NCBI GenBank assembly: GCA_965215565.1
Contig: CBDCDZ010000004.1
Span: 2,144,001 to 2,208,000, forward strand
DNA: 64,000 nt
Source: Trueperaceae bacterium
GTDB taxonomy: Bacteria; Deinococcota; Deinococci; Deinococcales; Trueperaceae
Reading direction: 5' to 3'
Shown here in pieces: positions 59,688 through 64,000 of this stretch; the stretch's first letter is position 1; every line of letters starts with the position of its first letter. Below the pieces are notes generated by a model. That model did not search any database and had not been told where the DNA came from. It worked only from the letters and a program-made list of their open reading frames with translations. Both the position numbers and the translations under genes were made by a program.

Positions 59688-59755
59688 AACAATGAGTTAA
59701 AAGCAATGAGCAACGAGTGAAAAAAGCATCGAACTCGTTGCTCATTGCTTTCAAC
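59688..59755. repeat. Family B heptamer hairpin repeat (no insert)
   Basis: GTTAAAAGCAATGAGCAACGAGT...ACTCGTTGCTCATTGCTTTCAAC. Confidence 0.8.
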
Positions 59756-59770
59756 TTCTCTAAAGAGGTG

Positions 59771-60442
59771 TTACTCCGCTATAAATGGTTCCTCGAGCCG
59801 CTCGTTATTCACCACCACCGTCGCGTGCTCTTTCGGACTGCACTCCCGCAGATACAGCCGCTGCCCCTCCACGTAGCGGCGATTTTCGGACGCGTGCGGG
59901 TCAGGTGAGCCTTCGCCTCTTTGCGCACCTCTCGGGATAGAAATCGTGAAATCCACCTCTAAAAATATAGAGAAGTCCCAGTAATCCCTCAGCTCAGGGC
60001 GGTGCAAGAAGATACCCTCTAAAATTAGGATAGAACCAGGTGCGGCTTGCTCCTCTGGCATCGCCACGGGTGCATCTTCGCAGTGGTCAAAAACGGCGGT
60101 GCGGTAACGGCCTGTTCCGCCGGGGCTGAGCGGGTCTAAAAGCGCGGCTTTGAGCGCGGTGTAATTATAGGAATCGCGGAAGAAACCCTCGGGTGACCTC
60201 TCGCCTAAGCGGTACCTCACCACTCGAGGGTTATGAAAGCCGTCCACCGAGGCGGTGATAAGAGGTCTACCGGACGCGCTCAAAATCTGCGCCAGCTCTG
60301 CGCTAAAGGTCGTCTTCCCTGCACCGTCTACGCCGTCGATACCGACTCTGATAACGCGGCCTGCAGGCAACGCCAAAATTCTGGCGGCGAGACTCCGAAG
60401 AAGGTCCGAGCGCGCTTTGGTGGAGTTGACTCGAGCGTCCAT
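59771..60442 (-). CDS. Uridine kinase-like P-loop kinase
   Basis: GIDGVDGAGKTT, SVDGFH, EGIFLHRPEL. Confidence 0.85.
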   Translation of the reverse strand: MDARVNSTKARSDLLRSLAARILALPAGRVIRVGIDGVDGAGKTTFSAELAQILSASGRPLITASVDGFHNPRVVRYRLGERSPEGFFRDSYNYTALKAALLDPLSPGGTGRYRTAVFDHCEDAPVAMPEEQAAPGSILILEGIFLHRPELRDYWDFSIFLEVDFTISIPRGAQRGEGSPDPHASENRRYVEGQRLYLRECSPKEHATVVVNNERLEEPFIAE

Positions 60443-60539
60443 CGTTCTCAAGTCTATCAGCACTTTCAAACTTGGCAAAACTGTTCCTCGGCACTTGGTC
60501 CGGGCGGCGAGACGTGCTATTTTCGAGGTGGAGGCTAAC

Positions 60540-61187
60540 GTGACTTTGCGTACGATTCTGAGGTGCGTCGCGCTCGGTACGATCATCGGGGCGGGCGTGA
60601 CCGCCTTTCAACCCGCCAAAGAAGTGAATGTTGTGCCAAAAGCGACGGTTAAGGTGAAACGCTTCGTCAAGCTTCACCTGTCTCCACGAACAAAAATTCT
60701 CAGCGAGCCGCGCAGCCACGACTTCGAGCGGCACGGACCCCCCGCTAAGCCGAACTTCGTGCTGCGGGCGACGGGGTACAACTCTCTCGAGTCGCAAACG
60801 GACGACACGCCTTTCATCACCGCTATAGGCTCACAAACGCGCCCCGGCATCGTCGCCATCAGCCGCGACCTCTTAAAAGGTAGCATTCCGTACGGCTCGC
60901 TCGTGCGGCTCAAAGACTTGGGCGGCTATCGCGGCGGCGGCTACGGCAAGTTTCAAGACAAGCTGGACGCGCAAGGGCTCTTTATCGTTGAGGACACCCT
61001 CCATCGGCGCAAGACGCAGCAGGTGGACGTGTGGTTCGAGTCGTATTATGAGGCGTTGCAGTGGGGCGTACGTAAGGTAGAAGTCGAACTCGTGCGGCAC
61101 GGCTGGAACGGCGCAACGCTCGACCACCCCGAGGTGGCGGAGATTGCGGTTGTTCCGGTGTTGAAGAGCAACTCGGCACTTCAGTAA
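60540..61187 (+). CDS. 3D-domain (MltA-like) exported protein
   Basis: ATGYNS...QTDDTPFITA, VAISRDLL, VEDT, VDVW, ALQWG; GGAGG SD. Confidence 0.85.
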   Translation: MTLRTILRCVALGTIIGAGVTAFQPAKEVNVVPKATVKVKRFVKLHLSPRTKILSEPRSHDFERHGPPAKPNFVLRATGYNSLESQTDDTPFITAIGSQTRPGIVAISRDLLKGSIPYGSLVRLKDLGGYRGGGYGKFQDKLDAQGLFIVEDTLHRRKTQQVDVWFESYYEALQWGVRKVEVELVRHGWNGATLDHPEVAEIAVVPVLKSNSALQ

Positions 61188-61269
61188 CAGGTTACGGTTG
61201 AAAACCGGTTACGAAGTTTCCTGTCGCTTCGCGCTTCTACGGAGCCGGGAACGCTTTCAGCGTTCACCT

Positions 61270-61332
61270 GTGTCAGCATCTCAGGTTTTTAGCCTTTCCT
61301 GACGAGCTGAAATGCTGACTAGCTGACCAGCT
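61270..61332. repeat. Octamer (TCAGC/GCTGA) hairpin repeat
   Basis: GCTGAAAT GCTGACTA GCTGACCA; inverse relative of 32172-32229. Confidence 0.6.
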
Positions 61333-61361
61333 ATAAAAAACGCGCACGATAGACTAACCCC

Positions 61362-62537
61362 ATGCGCCGCTTTGTCCTCTTTTTAGCCTACCGCCACATC
61401 CGCCGCCGCCCTCTTCAGAGTCTCCTCACAGTGCTCGGTGTGGCGGTTGGCGTGATGGTTCTTGTTACGGCGCTTTCCCTCACAAACGGTTTTATCGACG
61501 AACTCATCCGCAGCACGCTCAAAGCGACGCCGCATGTGACGCTCAGGGGCTATGACGGCGAGCGTTTGCCCGACGACCCCGCAGTGTTAGAAGCGATTGG
61601 CGAATTCGGTAACGTGGAGGCGGTCAGCCCCTTTCTCTCCACACAGGCTTTAATCGCACGGCGAGCGAACGCACAGCTCGGCGTGAGCGGGCGGAGTAGC
61701 TACACGCAGATTTTAGGAATTGACCCGGTACTGGAGCAAGAGGTCTTGGATTTAGAATCATTAGAGCAACAGGCTGACACCCTTAGGGGTGACGGCATCG
61801 TCTTGGGCGAGAGCTTAGCGCGTCAGTTGGGCGTCTTTGCGGGTGATGAGGTGCAGATTGTCAACATCGACAGGAGCCGTCAAGCCTTTGATGTAGCGAG
61901 CACCTTTCGCGTCAACAACGAACTCATCGACAGCGTAACCTCGTTCGCTTCGATTCCGAATCTGCAAGACTACCTGCGAGCTGAGGGTGAAATTACGGGT
62001 TATCACGTGCGCGTCTCTGACCCCGAAGCCGCTACGGAAATAGGTCAAGCCCTGAGCCGCGAATTTGACCTTCTCGCGACGCCCTGGCAGAACCTCTTCG
62101 GCGGGCTGATTGATCAGCTCAACTTACAAAAGGCGCTCATCGGCGTCGTTGTATTCCTCATCGTCATTGTCGCGGCGATGGGAATCGCGAACATCCTCAT
62201 TTTGACAGTTTCAGAAAAGACCGAAGAGATTGCGATTTTGCGGGCATTGGGCGCGTCGCAGCGGCAAATCGTCTCGGTGTTTACCTTGGAGGGCTTTCTC
62301 TTGGGCGGCGGCGGCACACTCCTCGGAGCGCTTTTAGGTCTAGGCTTGTCGCTCTACTTCAAGTTTCAGCCCTACCCGCTGCCCGGCGACCTCTACTTCA
62401 TCACGCAGCTTCCCGTGGAGCTTCAAGCCTGGGACTTCATCTGGGTCTGTGCACTTTCCATTATCACCAGCGTGGTGGCGGGGGTGATTCCGGCGCGGCG
62501 GGCGAGTGGGTTGGACCCGGCGGAAGTGTTGCGGTGA
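61362..62537 (+). CDS. LolC/E-like (MacB/FtsX) ABC transporter permease
   Basis: SLLTVLGVAVGV, EKTEEIAILRALGA, YFITQLP, PARRASGLDPAEVLR. Confidence 0.9.
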   Translation: MRRFVLFLAYRHIRRRPLQSLLTVLGVAVGVMVLVTALSLTNGFIDELIRSTLKATPHVTLRGYDGERLPDDPAVLEAIGEFGNVEAVSPFLSTQALIARRANAQLGVSGRSSYTQILGIDPVLEQEVLDLESLEQQADTLRGDGIVLGESLARQLGVFAGDEVQIVNIDRSRQAFDVASTFRVNNELIDSVTSFASIPNLQDYLRAEGEITGYHVRVSDPEAATEIGQALSREFDLLATPWQNLFGGLIDQLNLQKALIGVVVFLIVIVAAMGIANILILTVSEKTEEIAILRALGASQRQIVSVFTLEGFLLGGGGTLLGALLGLGLSLYFKFQPYPLPGDLYFITQLPVELQAWDFIWVCALSIITSVVAGVIPARRASGLDPAEVLR

Positions 62538-62634
62538 ATTCCCCGGCCCTTTGAAAGGGAGAATCGCAGTGCGGACGTTGCAAGGAGACTCAGGGATTGC
62601 ATCTCTGTAAGTTCAGGAGGTGGGGGCCTCGAGC

Positions 62635-62823
62635 CTAATCCTCTTCATCCTCTAGGATGTCTTCGGCGGGAATCCACACGGCTTTTCCGCCCCGCCATAC
62701 GACGATAGGGTTGCCTGCTTGTTTGTGCTTGCGCCTCGCATCCCTAGCGGCTTTGGCGAGGGCTTCGCTAATAATCTCTGGGTTTTCAAACGCCTTTTCG
62801 ATTCTATCCTTGTCACTATCCAT
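62635..62823 (-). CDS. Small protein coupled to the zeta-like gene (candidate antitoxin)
   Basis: ARRKHKQAGNPIVVWRGGKAVWIP; overlaps the upstream gene's stop. Confidence 0.7.
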   Translation of the reverse strand: MDSDKDRIEKAFENPEIISEALAKAARDARRKHKQAGNPIVVWRGGKAVWIPAEDILEDEED

Positions 62824-63412
62824 AGCGCTTCTTGACCTCTTCCCAAAGTTTCGAATCACCGATCTGCCTGTCTGTTCTACCCGTTCCTGATGCTACCAGT
62901 CTGGGCGTCCTTGTGCCGGTGTTGTCGTAAAAAGTCCAGCGGTTAGCGAGAGGTTGGTACAGCTCGAAAAAGTTGCGCAAACCTGCCTTATAGCGCCTTC
63001 TCACCGTTTCAATCGGCACGAAATGACCGCCGAATCTGACCCGTTCTTTCACTCGTTGAATAGCAAACTCGGCAGAAGGAAGCCATAAGAAAACCAGATG
63101 GACGCGGTAGCCGCGCTCCTGCTGACGCCGCAGCCAGGGGGCGAACGAGCGGCTCGCCAGCGTCGTTTCGAACGCGAACGTCGCTTTAGCCTCTGCCAAT
63201 TCGTTCAACCTCTTCAACATAATACGCCCCGCTGCAAACGCCGCGCCCTCTGGGTCAAATGCAGATAGTCCTTGCGCAATCGTATCTGCATTGACAAACT
63301 CAGAAACGCCCAGCGTATCTCTCAGCAGAAAAGGTGCGCTTGTGGATTTGCCTGCGCCGTTCGGTCCTGCGATGACGATGATGTAAGGAGGCACGTGCGC
63401 CAAGTTTAGCAC
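62816..63412 (-). CDS. Zeta-toxin family P-loop kinase
   Basis: IAGPNGAGKST, FVNADTIA, FAFETTL, RVRFGGH. Confidence 0.85.
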   Translation of the reverse strand: MLNLAHVPPYIIVIAGPNGAGKSTSAPFLLRDTLGVSEFVNADTIAQGLSAFDPEGAAFAAGRIMLKRLNELAEAKATFAFETTLASRSFAPWLRRQQERGYRVHLVFLWLPSAEFAIQRVKERVRFGGHFVPIETVRRRYKAGLRNFFELYQPLANRWTFYDNTGTRTPRLVASGTGRTDRQIGDSKLWEEVKKRYG

Positions 63413-63432
63413 TCATTTTATAAACTGTAGGG

Positions 63433-63777
63433 ATGAACAAGCGCCTACGCAAAAAGCTCCATAAGGGCGAGTTTAAGGAACTCGCCGTTGAATTCATTAT
63501 CATCTTCCGAGGTAACTTATTCACGCCGGAATATAAATCCTGTATGGATGACCTCTTTAGCTTCGCAAAAGCTCTTGGTGTGGAATTGGGCGGGAGCGAG
63601 TACCCACAAGAGAAGCGGGTTGACCTCATAGGAAGTGCGCTCAAGGAGCGTAGTAGCGTCTCCTTAAACCAGCGCGAGAAGATACTGAACTGGCTCGAGA
63701 CTCATGAAGAGGTCATCGAGGCGAGAGGTAGCCAGCTCTTCGATATCTACTATCTGCCTAAGACCATTCCTTATTGA
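63433..63777 (+). CDS. YggL/DUF469 family protein
   Basis: MNKRLRKKLHKGEFKEL N-terminus, QREKILNWL. Confidence 0.75.
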   Translation: MNKRLRKKLHKGEFKELAVEFIIIFRGNLFTPEYKSCMDDLFSFAKALGVELGGSEYPQEKRVDLIGSALKERSSVSLNQREKILNWLETHEEVIEARGSQLFDIYYLPKTIPY

Positions 63778-63790
63778 AGTGCTTGCACGC

Positions 63791-64000
63791 CTATAGTTCA
63801 ATATCTCCTGGTGGGACTTTCTTTATTTTTTCCTGCCACAGTCTAGCTTGCTCTAAGCGCCGCCTCTCTTCTTCGTGATCAAACTTCATGTAGACAGCGC
63901 CATTCTCAAACCGTTGAAACACAAGAATGTCACCCTCCTCGGTTTCGTTGAGAAGCAGGGCGCGAGGAAAGTCGATGATGGCTAACGGTCCGGTATTCAC
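63791..64000 (-). CDS. DUF3006-like protein, 3' part (start outside the window)
   Basis: FPRALL...EGDIL...DHEEERRR...GDIEL. Confidence 0.55.
   Translation of the reverse strand: MNTGPLAIIDFPRALLLNETEEGDILVFQRFENGAVYMKFDHEEERRRLEQARLWQEKIKKVPPGDIEL

Overview
Mostly housekeeping chromosome of a high-GC bacterium. Gene content and style point to Deinococcota, probably Trueperaceae-like: AceE-type pyruvate dehydrogenase, two-gene glutamine-dependent NAD synthetase, DUF3084 next to lptB, bacillithiol genes, a ccdA-ccmABCDEFGHI operon, many leaderless starts and abundant CTCGAG. This taxonomy is an inference, not a database result. There are about 75 CDSs and one tRNA-Ser(GGA). Small AT-richer accessory patches occur at 1-1620, 56940-58380 and 62600-64000, plus a stand-alone ThsB-like TIR gene. 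Two signals stand out. (1) A NYN/LabA-type nuclease gene whose 5' region encodes, on the opposite strand, a complete ~62-nt small-RNA unit (near-consensus promoter, two hairpins, U-tract terminator) overlapping a possible leader ORF. This is a candidate RNA-controlled nuclease (toxin-antitoxin or defence) module. (2) A layered population of transposase-less intergenic repeats: ~110-bp TA-bounded hairpin elements (7 copies of one family, 2 of another), REP doublets and heptamer-based hairpins. Three different 23-24-nt hairpin micro-inserts sit precisely inside these repeats, one nested inside another. All family calls come from motif recognition by eye.
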